From: an uncultured Anaerotruncus sp.
Lineage (GTDB): Bacteria; Bacillota; Clostridia; Oscillospirales; Ruminococcaceae
Direction of reading: 5' to 3'
Assembly (NCBI RefSeq): GCF_902490045.1
Contig: NZ_CABUCJ010000001.1
Span: 1-59,732, forward strand
DNA length: 59,732 bases
The translations under genes were made by a program, and so were the position numbers. The notes under the pieces were generated by a model, which was not told the origin of the DNA, ran no database searches, and saw only the letters and a program-made list of their open reading frames with translations. This document shows, piece by piece, positions 28,382 through 42,426 of this stretch (positions within the stretch are counted from its first letter, which is position 1; each line of letters begins with the position of its first letter).

Positions 28382-30286
28382 TTATTTTGACATGAGATCG
28401 CAGATGGCGTTGGAGAAGGCGACGGGGTCGTCGATCGACATCCCTTCGATGAGCAGCGCCTGCGAATAGAGCAGGGAGGCGTACTGCCCCAGCCGGCCGC
28501 GGCCGTCCTCATCCGCGTAGAGCTTCTGCATCGCGGCAAAGACGGGGTGGGAGGCGTTGACTTCCAGCACCCGCTCCGCCTTGGGCTTCTGTTCGCCCGG
28601 CATCGCGCTGAGCACCTTTTCCATCTCAAGCGAAACCGCGCCCTCGCTCGAGAGGCAGACGGGGTGGGATTTGAGCCGGCTGGAAAGGCGCACCTCCTTG
28701 ACCTTGCCGTCGAGGGCGTCCCGCAGGAAGCCGAGCAGATCCTTGTTCTCCTCGTTCTGCTTTTTGATCTCTTCCTTTTCCTCCTCGGTTTCCAAACCGA
28801 GGTCCTTGTCGGCGACCGACTTGAATTCCTTGTCCTCATACTTGAAAAGCATCTTGAGCGCGAACTCGTCCACGTCGTCGGTGAGGCAGAGGATTTCGTA
28901 GCCTTGGTCGCGGAGCAGTTCGGTCTGGGGCAGCAGGTTGATCTTGTCCACCGTCTCGCCGCAGGCGTAGTAGATATATTTCTGCGACTCCTTCATGCGG
29001 CCGACATACTCCGACAGGGTGGCCAGCTTCCCTTCGCTCGACGAGTGGAAGAGCAGCAGGTCCTGGAGCAGGTCCTTCTTGGCGCCGTAGTCGTTGTAGA
29101 CGCCGAATTTGAGCTGGAGGCCGAAGTTTTTCCAGAACTTCTCGTATTTCTCCCGGTCGTTTTTGAGCATCGAGAGCAGTTCGGAATGGATTTTCTTTTC
29201 GAGCCGTCCGGCGATCACCTTGAGCTGACGGTCGTGCTGGAGCATCTCGCGGGAGATGTTGAGGGAGAGGTCCTGCGAGTCGACGAGGCCCTTCACGAAG
29301 CTGAAGCAGTCGGGCAGCAGGTCGGCGCATTTGTCCATGATGAGCACACCCGAGGCGTAGAGCTGGAGCCCCTTCTCGTAGTCGCGGGAGTAGTAGTTGA
29401 AGGGGGCGCGGGAAGGGATGAAGAGCAGGGCGTTGTAGGTCGCCGCGCCCTCGGTGGAGCTGTGGATGACGAGCGCCGGGTCCTCGAAATCGAAGTATTT
29501 CTCCTTGTAGAAGTTGTTATAGTCCTCGTCCTTCAGCTCCGATTTGTTCTTCTTCCAGATGGGCACCATGCTGTTGAGGGTCTCGTGCTCGGTGCAGTCC
29601 TCATATTCGGGCTTGTCCTCGGGGCAGCCCTCCTTGAGGCGGCGCGTGGGCATGTCCATGCGGATGGGGTAGCGGATGTAGTCGGAGTACCGTTTCACAA
29701 GCGCGGAGATGCGGTGCGGTTCGAGGAACTCGTCGTAGTTCTCCTCGCCCTCGTTCTCCTTGAGGGTCAGCACGATCTTTGTGCCGTGGCCTTCCATCTC
29801 GCAGGGTTCGATCGTATAGCCCTCCACGCCGCGGCTCTCCCACTTCCACGCCTCGTCCGAGCCGTAGGGGCGGCTGTAGACGGTGACGCGGGAGGCGACC
29901 ATAAACGCGGAATAGAAGCCGACGCCGAACTGGCCGATGATATCGATCTCATCCCTGTGCTCGCCCTCCTCTTCCTGCTTAAAGGCGAGGGAGCCCGACT
30001 TGGCGATCGTGCCGAGGTTGCTTTCGAGCTCGTCCTTCGTCATGCCGCAGCCGTTGTCCGTGATCGTAAGGGTGCGGGCCTCCCTGTCGACCGCCAGCTC
30101 GATCGAAAAATCGTCCCTTGAAAGCCCGGTGAGGTTGTCCGAAAGGGAATGGTAGTAGAGTTTGTCGATCGCGTCGGAGGCGTTGGAGATCAGTTCGCGC
30201 AGAAAGATCTCCCGATGGGTGTAGATCGAATTGATCATCAATTCGAGCAGCCGCTTGCTCTCGGCCTTGAACTGCTTGGTGCGCAT
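28382..30286 (-). CDS. htpG: Chaperone HtpG (Hsp90)
   Basis: [33 protein letters not shown]. Confidence 0.98.
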   Translation of the reverse strand: MRTKQFKAESKRLLELMINSIYTHREIFLRELISNASDAIDKLYYHSLSDNLTGLSRDDFSIELAVDREARTLTITDNGCGMTKDELESNLGTIAKSGSLAFKQEEEGEHRDEIDIIGQFGVGFYSAFMVASRVTVYSRPYGSDEAWKWESRGVEGYTIEPCEMEGHGTKIVLTLKENEGEENYDEFLEPHRISALVKRYSDYIRYPIRMDMPTRRLKEGCPEDKPEYEDCTEHETLNSMVPIWKKNKSELKDEDYNNFYKEKYFDFEDPALVIHSSTEGAATYNALLFIPSRAPFNYYSRDYEKGLQLYASGVLIMDKCADLLPDCFSFVKGLVDSQDLSLNISREMLQHDRQLKVIAGRLEKKIHSELLSMLKNDREKYEKFWKNFGLQLKFGVYNDYGAKKDLLQDLLLFHSSSEGKLATLSEYVGRMKESQKYIYYACGETVDKINLLPQTELLRDQGYEILCLTDDVDEFALKMLFKYEDKEFKSVADKDLGLETEEEKEEIKKQNEENKDLLGFLRDALDGKVKEVRLSSRLKSHPVCLSSEGAVSLEMEKVLSAMPGEQKPKAERVLEVNASHPVFAAMQKLYADEDGRGRLGQYASLLYSQALLIEGMSIDDPVAFSNAICDLMSK

Positions 30287-30328
30287 GAAACCAGACCTTT
30301 CTATGAGAATTTCATGAGAAACGAAAAG

Positions 30329-30355
30329 TTAGCACTCAATTAGTATGAGTGCTAA
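30329..30355. promoter_or_regulatory. CIRCE element (HrcA operator)
   Basis: Perfect TTAGCACTC-N9-GAGTGCTAA upstream of htpG. Confidence 0.95.
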
Positions 30356-30470
30356 CAATACTATAATATAAGTCAAAGGAAAAATCAAGTCTAATTTGTT
30401 AACATTTTCGGCAGTAAAACACGCTTTTTCCGCCACTGATTTCACAGAAGGACAAAAAGGGGGGACCGGC

Positions 30471-30812
30471 ATGGGCCGGATCAATCATCTGCTGAAATTT
30501 GCCTGCATTGCGGCGGCGCTGACACTGCTTGCCGCCTCCCCGGCGCTTACCGCCCGGCCGCCCGAGCCGCCGGCGGAGACGGTTGAGATGCGCCTGCTGC
30601 CCGACGACCGCCCGATCCGCGTGACGGGAGACGGCCGGGTGCTCGAGCTGCGCGCGCCCGCCGCCGAGCAGCTGCCTTCCTACGGTTTTGACGCGGAGCT
30701 GATGCCCGTCTACGACACGGCGGAGCCGGTCGCCATTGCGCAGATGCCGGTACGGGACACGCCTGAAACGGCGGATTCCCGCGTCTGCCCGTTTGACGGG
30801 GGAGCTGTGTGA
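30471..30812 (+). CDS. Hypothetical exported protein
   Basis: GGGGGG RBS, signal-peptide-like N-terminus, host-like codon usage. Confidence 0.55.
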   Translation: MGRINHLLKFACIAAALTLLAASPALTARPPEPPAETVEMRLLPDDRPIRVTGDGRVLELRAPAAEQLPSYGFDAELMPVYDTAEPVAIAQMPVRDTPETADSRVCPFDGGAV

Positions 30813-31060
30813 AACGCCGGCACGCCCTGGTTGCGGTCGTGCTGACCGTCCTGCTGTTTGAAACAGGGTAGCTGCCATACAGGATGCGGAGAAAGACGGG
30901 CAAAAAGCGATTGCTTTTTACCCGTCTTTCTCATTTTGTCACGCCAATAGAACGCCATTTTTGAGGGGGATATAAAAATACCTTCTATTGAATCTTCAAA
31001 GCTGCCGTTTCTGTAAGGCGCGAAAGGCAGCACACTAACCGCAGCTTAATGGTTTTTTTA

Positions 31061-31252
31061 CTATTCATGTTCTCCCCGTAATCTTTTCTTCGCGTCTCCT
31101 ATGGTTTCGCCGTCTTTGGTAAGATAGCGGTCAACAAAGGCATCCTCTATTTTAGTATATCCGCCAACAACGGTGTCCTCAATTTTCCCAAATGCTCCAA
31201 CAACCTTCTCGGCAATCTTTTCATTTGCTTTTACAATTTTAGATTTTGCCAT
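31061..31252 (-). CDS. Small hypothetical protein
   Basis: MAKSKIVKANEKIAEKVVG..VVGGYTKIEDAFVD; overlaps the upstream gene end. Confidence 0.75.
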   Translation of the reverse strand: MAKSKIVKANEKIAEKVVGAFGKIEDTVVGGYTKIEDAFVDRYLTKDGETIGDAKKRLRGEHE

Positions 31253-31922
31253 AACTACACACCTTTCCTTTTCTTGTTATTGTGACGCCAAGCATAAAAA
31301 CAAATAGGCAGACAGCAGCTCCGGTTAAGATATCCATAATATGTGCGCTGAAATCGCCTATGCTTCCGAAAGAAGCAAACATAGACCGCTGTAAGGTTAA
31401 AACGGACACGGCTACATCCGCATAGCCGATACTGCGAATAGTCGCAAGCAAGGGCGAGGGATTTTTTCGCTGCTTCACTGCACGTATGATTGCCATTGTG
31501 ATTTTATAGAAAGTGTAAGTGGCAATGGTTATCATAATCACGGGATTATACTTTGTTACGATATTTTCTGTTGAGCTAATGTAAATTACGCCTGTCAAAA
31601 CAAAGCTTAATACAGCAAGCAGCATACCGGACAGCTTCATCACAAAATATTCTGTGTCGAGAGAGTCCGTAGAATTGCTTTTCCATTCACATAAAACGGC
31701 TGAAAAACGCATGGTACTCAAAATGGTGTAGTGAGCGCATACAGTAATAAACCATAGTGACCGATTGGCAATACCAAGCGCCCCATGATAGAGAGCATAC
31801 AGCAGATTAACAGAGAAACCGCAAGCTGCGGCTGATACCATTCTGTATCGCTGTTCCTTCACCATTCGTTTTCCGAATTCTGTGGCTTCGATTTTATCAA
31901 GTACGTTTTGCTTTATACTCAT
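31239..31922 (-). CDS. Hypothetical membrane protein
   Basis: About 6 hydrophobic segments. Confidence 0.75.
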   Translation of the reverse strand: MSIKQNVLDKIEATEFGKRMVKEQRYRMVSAAACGFSVNLLYALYHGALGIANRSLWFITVCAHYTILSTMRFSAVLCEWKSNSTDSLDTEYFVMKLSGMLLAVLSFVLTGVIYISSTENIVTKYNPVIMITIATYTFYKITMAIIRAVKQRKNPSPLLATIRSIGYADVAVSVLTLQRSMFASFGSIGDFSAHIMDILTGAAVCLFVFMLGVTITRKGKVCSYGKI

Positions 31923-31962
31923 ACCATTAAACCCGATGATGCCGTTTAATGCGCGGCATAGT

Positions 31963-32334
31963 TCATTCCTTTACGCCTTTTGTTAAGGGAATTAAGAAGA
32001 GCAAGACAACAAGGCCAATCAGACCAATTACAACTCCCAGAATCATCTTACCCCAAACCATACTGAAACACATTCCAACGCCCAACGCCAAAGCGCCGAC
32101 AACGCCGACGATAACCGCAAAAACCGTTTTACCCGAAAACTCGATAGGCGCTTTGTGTTCCATTTTCCGCCATACGATCAGCGTAACAAGCCCAAGCAGA
32201 AGCCCGACGCACCCGAATACAATTCCCGGCTGAAATGCTCCCCACTCCGGGATGAGAGCCATACACATTCCGAGGGCGAATAAAACCCCGCTGACCGTTC
32301 CTAATACCATTGCGACAAAACTGCTTTTCTTCAT
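31963..32334 (-). CDS. Hypothetical 4-TM membrane protein
   Basis: Internal repeat GMCMAL/GMCFSM; GGAGG RBS. Confidence 0.8.
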   Translation of the reverse strand: MKKSSFVAMVLGTVSGVLFALGMCMALIPEWGAFQPGIVFGCVGLLLGLVTLIVWRKMEHKAPIEFSGKTVFAVIVGVVGALALGVGMCFSMVWGKMILGVVIGLIGLVVLLFLIPLTKGVKE

Positions 32335-32358
32335 TTAATTTACCTCCACAATTTATTA

Positions 32359-32376
32359 AAACAACAGTTGTTGTTT
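32359..32376. promoter_or_regulatory. Putative TetR operator
   Basis: Palindrome AAACAACA-GT-TGTTGTTT between divergent genes. Confidence 0.6.
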
Positions 32377-32462
32377 CTGTATAAGTTTAGTATAATGGTG
32401 GCTGGGAACAGAAACAATCATCAATTTGCAGACAAGTGTTGGAATAATAAAAGAGGGCTACC

Positions 32463-32996
32463 ATGAACACAAAAAACAATCGACGCCGGCGCGAATCCAT
32501 TGAACGCATTGAAAAGGTCTTTATTGAATTGCTGCAGACAAAGGAACTTCACGAAATAACCGTTTCGGACATTTGCAAGCGGTGTGAATTGAACCGCAGC
32601 ACTTTCTACGCGAACTATGTAGACATTTATGAACTTGCGGACAAAGTAAGAGTAGATTTGGAAAGAGAAGTAGATTTACTTTATGAAGCAGAGACAACGC
32701 AGAAGTTTAACAGCAATGATTATCTGAAACTGTTTCGCCACATCAGGGATAATCAACTGTTTTACTGCACCTACTTTAAGCTCGGCTATGATAATCAATT
32801 CAAGCTCAGGTATTATGACATTCATCAAGCAAAGCAAGATTTTGGTAATCGACATGTTGAATACCATATTGAGTTTTTCAGAAGTGGATTTAATGCGATT
32901 GTGAAAAAGTGGCTTGCAGGCGGGTGCAAAGAAACGCCGGAAGAAATGGACGAAATTATTCGTAGCGAATACCAAGGGCGTGTTGCATTACAATAG
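32463..32996 (+). CDS. TetR/AcrR-family regulator
   Basis: ITVSDICKRCELNRSTFYANY HTH. Confidence 0.92.
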   Translation: MNTKNNRRRRESIERIEKVFIELLQTKELHEITVSDICKRCELNRSTFYANYVDIYELADKVRVDLEREVDLLYEAETTQKFNSNDYLKLFRHIRDNQLFYCTYFKLGYDNQFKLRYYDIHQAKQDFGNRHVEYHIEFFRSGFNAIVKKWLAGGCKETPEEMDEIIRSEYQGRVALQ

Positions 32997-33001
32997 ACAC
33001 G

Positions 33002-33127
33002 ATTTATGTTCATGCTCCCGACAGGTCAAGCGTTCAGAGGGAATAGCAGATTGACATTTCCTATGGCCTTGTGGGAATACTGCCCGCGTCTTTGCTCAAC
33101 AACCTACAAAACGGAGAAACGGCATAG
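33002..33127 (+). pseudogene. Remnant of a serine recombinase C-terminus (DUF4368-like)
   Basis: IYVHAPDRSSVQRE*QIDISYGLVGILP..NGETA*, no start, one internal stop. Confidence 0.55.
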
Positions 33128-33205
33128 CCGAAGCTACGCCGTTTCCCGAAAACATTCCGATGCTGTTTTATGAGGGCCGCCCTTTTGGCGGTCCTATTTT
33201 GTAGT

Positions 33206-33886
33206 TTAGGACTGAGTATAGGCCTGGCCTGTATGCTCCTTGTAGTGGTGCGCTTCCTCGAGCATCATGTCCTTGACCTTCATCAGGCGGATCTGGGTGC
33301 TGCGTTCGTTCTCGTCGAGCTTCATCGTGATGTACTTGATGTTCTCCCGCAGTTCGGGGATCACGACGTGTTCGAGCGCGTTGACGCGGCGTCGGGTCTT
33401 TTCGATCTCGGCCGCCATCAACTGGCAGGACTTCTCCACCTCGGCCAGCCGCAGCAGGTCGGGCAGGATGTCCGAGAGGGACTTGATCGCGCCGTCGAGG
33501 TCGGAGGAGGTGAAGGCGAAGCCGTAGGAATAGATGTTGTTTTCGTCGCCCGAGCGGGTCTTGTACGCGAAGACGGGGATTTCCACGCTCATGACGTTGC
33601 GTTCAGAAGCCTCGAGGTAGACCTCCTGCATCGGGGCCATCATCGCCACGTTGAGCACCTCGTCGTCCATGCCCGCGCGCGCCAGCACGAAATTTTTGTT
33701 GGCGGCGGCGATGCCCGCCTCCACAGTTTCGCGCAGGGCCTTGTTTTCCCGCACCAACTCGAGGAACTGGCGCATCAGCTCGTCGCGCTTATCCTTGAGG
33801 AGCTTGTGGCCGCGCGTGGCAGTGACCAGCTTTTTCTTGAGCCTGGTCAGCTCCATGCGGGTCGGGTTCACCTGTGTTTTAGCCAC
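33206..33886 (-). CDS. ntpD: V/A-type ATPase subunit D
   Basis: [27 protein letters not shown]. Confidence 0.97.
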   Translation of the reverse strand: MAKTQVNPTRMELTRLKKKLVTATRGHKLLKDKRDELMRQFLELVRENKALRETVEAGIAAANKNFVLARAGMDDEVLNVAMMAPMQEVYLEASERNVMSVEIPVFAYKTRSGDENNIYSYGFAFTSSDLDGAIKSLSDILPDLLRLAEVEKSCQLMAAEIEKTRRRVNALEHVVIPELRENIKYITMKLDENERSTQIRLMKVKDMMLEEAHHYKEHTGQAYTQS

Positions 33887-33892
33887 GGTGCA

Positions 33893-35272
33893 TCACCCCT
33901 CCTGCTGGCCGTAATACTGATCGAGGAACTTGTCGTCGATACGTTTCAGCTCGCTGCGCGGCAGGATGCGCAGCAGCTTCCAGCCGATGTCGAGGGTCTC
34001 CTCGATGTCGCGGTTGGCGTTGTAGCCCTGCGAGACGTACTCCTGCTCGAACGCCTCGGCGAATTTGGCGTAGAGCTTGTCGATATCGGTCAGCGCGGCC
34101 TCGCCGAGGATGACCATCAGCTCCTTCGCGTCCTTGCCGCGGGAATAGGCGGCGAACAGCTGGTTCATCGTGTTCGCGTGGTCGGCGCGGGTCTTGCCGG
34201 CGCCGATGCCCTTGTCCTTCAGACGGGAGAGGGAGGGCAGCACGTCGATCGGCGGGGTGACGCCCTTGCGGTAGAGCTCGCGCGACAGGATGATCTGTCC
34301 CTCGGTGATGTAGCCGGTGAGGTCGGGGATCGGGTGGGTCTTGTCGTCCTCGGGCATCGTCAGGATGGGGATCATCGTGATCGAGCCGGTCTTGCCCTTC
34401 TGCCGCCCGGCGCGCTCGTAGAGGGAGGCGAGGTCGGTGTACATGTAGCCGGGATAGCCGCGGCGTCCGGGGACCTCCTTGCGGGCCGCCGAAACCTCGC
34501 GCAGCGCGTCGGCGTAGTTGGTGATGTCGGTGAGGATGACCAGCACGTGCATGTTCTTCTCGAACGCGAGGTACTCGGCCGCGGTCAGCGCCATGCGCGG
34601 GGTCGCGATGCGCTCGACGGCGGGGTCGTTCGCGAGGTTGATGAAGAGCACGGCGCGGTCGAGCGCGCCCGTCTCGCGGAAGGATTCGATGAAGAAGTTG
34701 GACTCCTCAAACGTGATGCCCATCGCGGCGAAGACGACCGCGAACTGCTCGTCGGCGCCGCGCACCTTCGCCTGGCGCGCGATCTGCGCGGCAAGCTGGG
34801 CGTGAGGCAGGCCGGACGCCGAGAAGATCGGCAGCTTCTGGCCGCGGACCAGCGTGTTGAGCCCGTCGATCGCGGAGATGCCCGTCTGGATGAACTCCTG
34901 CGGGTAGCTGCGGGCGGCCGGGTTCATCGGCAGGCCGTTGATGTCCATGCGTTTTTCGGGCAGGATCTCCGGGCCGCCGTCGATCGGGCGGCCGAGGCCG
35001 TCGAAGACGCGGGAGAGCATATCCTCCGAGACGCCCAGCTCCATGCTGCGCCCGAGGAAGCGGACGCGGGAGTTGGAGAGGTTGATGCCGGTCGAGGACT
35101 CGAAGAGCTGGACCAGCGCGTCGCTGCCGTTGATCTCCAGCACCTTGCAGCGGCGCTTTTCGCCGCTGGCAAGCTCGATTTCACCCAGCTCGTTGAAGGT
35201 GACGCCCTCCACGCCGCGGACCAGCATCAGAGGTCCCGCGACCTCCTGTATGGTACGATATTCCTTCGGCAT
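33893..35272 (-). CDS. ntpB: V/A-type ATPase subunit B
   Basis: [32 protein letters not shown]. Confidence 0.97.
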   Translation of the reverse strand: MPKEYRTIQEVAGPLMLVRGVEGVTFNELGEIELASGEKRRCKVLEINGSDALVQLFESSTGINLSNSRVRFLGRSMELGVSEDMLSRVFDGLGRPIDGGPEILPEKRMDINGLPMNPAARSYPQEFIQTGISAIDGLNTLVRGQKLPIFSASGLPHAQLAAQIARQAKVRGADEQFAVVFAAMGITFEESNFFIESFRETGALDRAVLFINLANDPAVERIATPRMALTAAEYLAFEKNMHVLVILTDITNYADALREVSAARKEVPGRRGYPGYMYTDLASLYERAGRQKGKTGSITMIPILTMPEDDKTHPIPDLTGYITEGQIILSRELYRKGVTPPIDVLPSLSRLKDKGIGAGKTRADHANTMNQLFAAYSRGKDAKELMVILGEAALTDIDKLYAKFAEAFEQEYVSQGYNANRDIEETLDIGWKLLRILPRSELKRIDDKFLDQYYGQQEG

Positions 35273-37047
35273 TAGAACTCCTCCTTCTGTTTGGCCGCGA
35301 GCTCGGCGATCTCACTGGCGAGCTCCCGCTGGATCGACTCGTACTCCGGTCCGATCTGGTCGGGCAGGATGTACTTGAAGCGGCCGATCTGCTCGCGCAC
35401 CGGCAGGTTGACGAGGGAATCGACCGGGATGCCCTTGGAGAGGCCCTCGACCGCCGCGTCGTAATAGTCGAGCACAAGCTTCATCATCGTGAACTGCTTG
35501 GGCAGCGGGGTATAGGTGTCGACGTCGTGGAAGGAGTTCTGGTGCAGGAAGTCCTCGCGGATCGACCGCGCGGCCTCCAGCTTGATGCGGTCGGGCGCGG
35601 ACAGCGCGTCCATGCCGACGAGCTGGACGATCTCCTGCAGCTCCGATTCCTCCTGCAAAAGCAGCATCATCCGCTGGCGCAGGGAGGACCACTCGGACGC
35701 GACGTTCTCGTTGAACCATTTTTCGGTGGTATCCGTGTAAAGCGAATAACTTGTCAGCCAGTTGATGGCGGGGAAGTGGCGCTGGTAGGCAAGCTGCGCG
35801 TCGAGGCTCCAGAAGACCTTGACGATGCGCAGCGTCGCCTGCGAAACCGGCTCGGAGATGTCGCCGCCCGGAGGGGAGACGGCGCCGATCGCCGAGAGGG
35901 AGCCCTCGCGGCCTTCGGAGCCGAGCGTGATGACACGGCCGGCGCGCTCATAGAACTGCGCGAGGCGGCTGCCGAGGTAGGCGGGGTAGCCCTCCTCGCC
36001 GGGCATCTCCTCGAGGCGGCCGGACATCTCGCGCAGGGCTTCCGCCCAGCGGGAGGTCGAGTCGGCCATCAGCGCGACCGAATAACCCATGTCGCGGAAG
36101 TATTCGGCGATCGTGATGCCGGTGTAGATCGACGCCTCGCGCGCCGCGACGGGCATATCCGACGTGTTCGCGATCAGCACGGTGCGCTCCATCAGGCTGC
36201 GGCCCGTTTTCGGGTCCTTCAGCTCGGGGAACTCGTTGAGCACGTCGGTCATCTCGTTGCCGCGCTCGCCGCAGCCGATGTAGACGACGATGTCCGCCTC
36301 GGCCCATTTCGCCAGCTGGTGCTGGATGACCGTCTTGCCCGAGCCGAACGGCCCGGGAACGGCGGCCACGCCGCCCTTGGCGATGGGGAAGAGGGCGTCG
36401 ATGACGCGCTGGCCGGTGACCAGCGGCATGTCGGGGGAGAGTTTTTCCTTGTAGGGGCGCCCGCGGCGGACCGGCCAGCGCTGCATCAGCGTCAGCGGCT
36501 GTTCGGCCCCGTTGGCCGTCTCGATGACGGCGACCGTCTCTGTGATGGTATAGTCGCCCTCTTCGATCGATTTGATCGTGCCGACGACTCCCACGGGGGC
36601 CATGATCTTGTGCAGGACGATCTCCGTCTCCTGCACAGTGCCGATCACGTCGCCCGCGACGACCGCGTCGCCCTGGCGGACGGCGGGGGTGAAGTGCCAT
36701 TTCTTCTCCCGGTCGAGGGAGGGGACCTCGACGCCGCGCGCGAGCGAGTTGCCGATCTTCGCGCGGATTTCCTCCAGCGGGCGCTGGATGCCGTCGTAGA
36801 TATTCGAGATGAGGCCGGGGCCGAGCTCGACGCTCATCGGCACGCCGGTCGATTCCACCGGCTCGCCGGGGCCGAGGCCGGAGGTCTCCTCATAGACCTG
36901 GATCGACGCCTCGTCGCCGTGGATCTCGATGATCTCGCCGATGAGGCGCTGCCCGGAAACGCGCACCACGTCGAACATGTTGGCGTCGCGCATCCCCTCG
37001 GCGATGACCAGCGGGCCGGCCACCTTTTTGATCGTACCTTTGCTCAT
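35272..37047 (-). CDS. ntpA: V/A-type ATPase subunit A
   Basis: GPFGSGKT P-loop, [18 protein letters not shown]. Confidence 0.97.
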   Translation of the reverse strand: MSKGTIKKVAGPLVIAEGMRDANMFDVVRVSGQRLIGEIIEIHGDEASIQVYEETSGLGPGEPVESTGVPMSVELGPGLISNIYDGIQRPLEEIRAKIGNSLARGVEVPSLDREKKWHFTPAVRQGDAVVAGDVIGTVQETEIVLHKIMAPVGVVGTIKSIEEGDYTITETVAVIETANGAEQPLTLMQRWPVRRGRPYKEKLSPDMPLVTGQRVIDALFPIAKGGVAAVPGPFGSGKTVIQHQLAKWAEADIVVYIGCGERGNEMTDVLNEFPELKDPKTGRSLMERTVLIANTSDMPVAAREASIYTGITIAEYFRDMGYSVALMADSTSRWAEALREMSGRLEEMPGEEGYPAYLGSRLAQFYERAGRVITLGSEGREGSLSAIGAVSPPGGDISEPVSQATLRIVKVFWSLDAQLAYQRHFPAINWLTSYSLYTDTTEKWFNENVASEWSSLRQRMMLLLQEESELQEIVQLVGMDALSAPDRIKLEAARSIREDFLHQNSFHDVDTYTPLPKQFTMMKLVLDYYDAAVEGLSKGIPVDSLVNLPVREQIGRFKYILPDQIGPEYESIQRELASEIAELAAKQKEEF

Positions 37048-37126
37048 AGCTTGCTTTCACCTGCTCTATTCCGGTTTCGGAGGCCCCGCCGCTGCGGGGT
37101 CCGCGAAAGCCCTATTTTGCCGGCGG

Positions 37127-37447
37127 TCAGTTGCCGCCGAAGATGATGTCGGAGCCAACTGCCTGCTCCACCGATTTTTTCACGTTCCGGATGCCCATGC
37201 CGGTGTTCCCCGAGACGCCGGGGATGGGGATGATGGCGGGGAGGCGCTGGGCGCGGTAGCGGTCGATCTCCGTTTCGAGCTGGGCGGCGAGCGCCTCGGT
37301 GACGTAGATCACCGCGTAATCGCCCTCCGCGAGCCTGCGGAGCTGCTTTGCGGCTTCGGCCGGGTCGGTGACCGGGAAGGTGTCCAGGCCGAGCGCCGCG
37401 AAACCGTAGATGCTGTCCCGGTCCCCCATGACTGCTGTCCTATACAT
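37127..37447 (-). CDS. ntpG: V/A-type ATPase subunit F (NtpG in enterococcal naming)
   Basis: AVMGDRDSIYGF..VEQAVGSDI. Confidence 0.92.
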   Translation of the reverse strand: MYRTAVMGDRDSIYGFAALGLDTFPVTDPAEAAKQLRRLAEGDYAVIYVTEALAAQLETEIDRYRAQRLPAIIPIPGVSGNTGMGIRNVKKSVEQAVGSDIIFGGN

Positions 37448-38411
37448 ACATCTCCCTGATCCTTTCCCGGATCGACGCCTCCGGCAAATCGTTGAGCTTG
37501 CCGGAGAGGATGATCCGCACGCACTTGATCTCGTTTTCCCGCCCGAGGATATAGGCGGCGAGCGGCCCGATGCCGAACGCCTGGAACTGCTGCGGGCGGA
37601 TCGACTCGATGATCACGTTGTCGCACCACCGCTCGAACGCGGAGGGCGACTGCTCAAGCGCCGAGACGGCGGCCGCGTAGTCGGTCGCGGAGAGGTAGTC
37701 GCTGACGGCCTCGAGGCTGTCTGCGGCCGCGCGCGCGAGCTGGTAGACATCGAGCGACCGGCAGGGCGCCAGCGCGCGGCGGATGAACTCGAGGGGCTTG
37801 CCCGTTTTCTGGCAGCGCACGGCGGTCTTGATGTCCGCCGCCGCGACGGTGAGCTCGGCGTATTTGGCGATCAGATCGCTCTCGCTCTCCCGCCCGGCGC
37901 GCTCGATCGCCTCGAGCGCGGCGCGGTCGATGACGATGTCGCAGAGCTGGCCGTCCCGGGTCTGGGAGAGGGCGGTATACGCCTCCTCGGCGGGGGCGCG
38001 CATCGCCTCGGGCAGCAGGCCGAATTCCTTCTGGCGCACGGCGTCAAGAATCGCGCGATAATCGACCGTCCCGTGCGAAATAAAGATGCCGAAGTCCTCT
38101 TCGCCGGTGCAGACCAGCTTGACCGCGGCCTTGAGATTGTGGTAGTCGTTGGCGTAGAGGAAGACGTCGAAGACCGACATGTCCTCCACCAGCTCCCCGA
38201 TCAGGCTCCAGGTCTTCTCCCGCTCGGCCGCGAGCATGCGCTCGGCGCCGATGCCGGGCTCTCCGTCCCCCCAGCCGCGGTCGGCCAGCAGGCGCATGCA
38301 CTCGTCATGGCTCTTGGCCGCGAGCAGCTGTTCGATCGCCTGCGAGTTGAGGAGAGAGAGCTCCTTGGAGCGGATACGCGCAACGGCATAGGTATATAAC
38401 GAATCGGACAT
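37440..38411 (-). CDS. ntpC: V/A-type ATPase subunit C
   Basis: YAVARIRSKE, DYHNLK, IRERIREMYV; operon position. Confidence 0.92.
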   Translation of the reverse strand: MSDSLYTYAVARIRSKELSLLNSQAIEQLLAAKSHDECMRLLADRGWGDGEPGIGAERMLAAEREKTWSLIGELVEDMSVFDVFLYANDYHNLKAAVKLVCTGEEDFGIFISHGTVDYRAILDAVRQKEFGLLPEAMRAPAEEAYTALSQTRDGQLCDIVIDRAALEAIERAGRESESDLIAKYAELTVAAADIKTAVRCQKTGKPLEFIRRALAPCRSLDVYQLARAAADSLEAVSDYLSATDYAAAVSALEQSPSAFERWCDNVIIESIRPQQFQAFGIGPLAAYILGRENEIKCVRIILSGKLNDLPEASIRERIREMYV

Positions 38412-38433
38412 TGCCTAACCTCCTTTGCGCGAT

Positions 38434-39018
38434 TTAAGAGAAGAGGAGCTCCTGGACCCGGTCCTGCAGCCGCTCGCGCGCCGCATAGAAGAGCGCCTCG
38501 ATCGAGCAGTTTTCCTCGATGCCGCCGTAGCTGAGCACGAAGCCGCCGTCGATGGCGCGGGTCTCCCGCGAGACGGTGAGCTTCCCGTTCGCGGATTTCG
38601 CGAGCGAGGTCTCGAAGCTGGCGGGCAGCCGCCCGAGGTCGGCGGGGGAGAAGAGCAGCTCGCCCTCCTGCGGGAGGGAAAACTTGCTGATCATTTTGAG
38701 GATCAGCGCGAAATAGTCGGAATCGGGGAGCTTGTAGATCGACTGGCGGGCGCTTTCAATCGCTTCGCCGATGATCTCCTGCTTGGCGGCGAGCACCGCC
38801 CGGCGCTGCGCCAGCTCGGCGGCGGATTTCGCGGCGGCCAGATGGTTCTGCACGTCGGTTTTCGATTTGGCCAGGATCGCGCCGGACTGCGCCTGCGCGT
38901 CCTCCGCCGCCTTCGCGGCGATCTGCCCGGCCTCCTCCTTCGCCTGTGCGATGACCGCGTCCGCGGCCTGCTGCGCCTCGTCCCGAATCTGCTGTACAAT
39001 TTTTTCTAGTCCGGTCAT
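38434..39018 (-). CDS. ntpE: V/A-type ATPase subunit E
   Basis: MTGLEKI..IDGGFVL..IEENCS. Confidence 0.92.
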   Translation of the reverse strand: MTGLEKIVQQIRDEAQQAADAVIAQAKEEAGQIAAKAAEDAQAQSGAILAKSKTDVQNHLAAAKSAAELAQRRAVLAAKQEIIGEAIESARQSIYKLPDSDYFALILKMISKFSLPQEGELLFSPADLGRLPASFETSLAKSANGKLTVSRETRAIDGGFVLSYGGIEENCSIEALFYAARERLQDRVQELLFS

Positions 39019-39064
39019 AGCAGAATTCTCCTTACTTTGAAAGTGCGGAACATTCCGCCGGGGA

Positions 39065-41561
<2,497 letters not shown>

Positions 41562-41601
41562 GAAACGGATGCCTCCTTTTTCATGAAATTGGGCAGGGGG
41601 A

Positions 41602-41910
41602 TCAGATCAGCTCGGAGAGAATCAGGCGACGGACCTCGGCCCCCTTTGCATCCGCGCCGGCGCGCAGCGAGGCAATTTCCTTCTTGACGGATTCGAGCGC
41701 CTCGCTCTGCATCGCTTCGCCCAGTTGTTTTGCTTCGGCAAGCGCCGCGTCCGCCCGTGCTTTCGCCCCGGCGACCGCCTGGCCGACCGTTTCGGCAGCG
41801 TCGGCTTTCGCCCGCGCGAGAAGCTCCTCCCGTTGGCGCGCCGCCTCCTGCTCGATCTGTTCGGCCGCAAGTTCCGCATCGCGGACGGCCCGAATGGTCT
41901 CCTGTTCCAT
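41602..41910 (-). CDS. V/A-type ATPase peripheral stalk subunit G/H
   Basis: Ala/Glu-rich coiled coil, first gene of the operon. Confidence 0.8.
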   Translation of the reverse strand: MEQETIRAVRDAELAAEQIEQEAARQREELLARAKADAAETVGQAVAGAKARADAALAEAKQLGEAMQSEALESVKKEIASLRAGADAKGAEVRRLILSELI

Positions 41911-42426
41911 AGTATCACCACCCACTTATCTGATTTTACTGGATCCGTGTATGGAAGGCCCCATGGCCGGGTAAACGATGTTGGGATATCCTGTATAGTA
42001 TACCGCCTTTTTTGGGAAGAATCAACAAAGCGCGGCCCGCTGAAGGAAATTTACGATAAATTTTTATTATCATTCCACAAATGGGGCCAAAGGCACATCA
42101 TCGGGGATTTTCCGGCCCTTTCGTTACATTATATAATAGAAAAGGGAAAAAGATACTGTTATTGTACTATATAAAGGCAACAGAATCAAGGTATAATTGG
42201 AAGTAATTTTGTGAAAAATAATAATTAATTATTTTGTGAGGACACAATGGAAGAAAAAGCCGTTTGGGGTTGAACGGAAAGGGAATCCGTAGTAAAATGG
42301 CGGTAGAAGGCGGCCTGCGTCAATCATAGCATTCCGCGCCGGGGCCGTAATTAGACAGATTTACCGGATTGTCGGAAAACGAGACGGTTTTCGCAATCTG
42401 TATGGACAGATCGGGGAGGAGACGGG

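Larger units (their letters stand above)
30872..33170. mobile_element. Low-GC islet, decayed serine-recombinase element (limits approximate)
   Basis: Abrupt AT enrichment; TetR and membrane-protein cargo; recombinase tail remnant at the right end. Confidence 0.55.
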
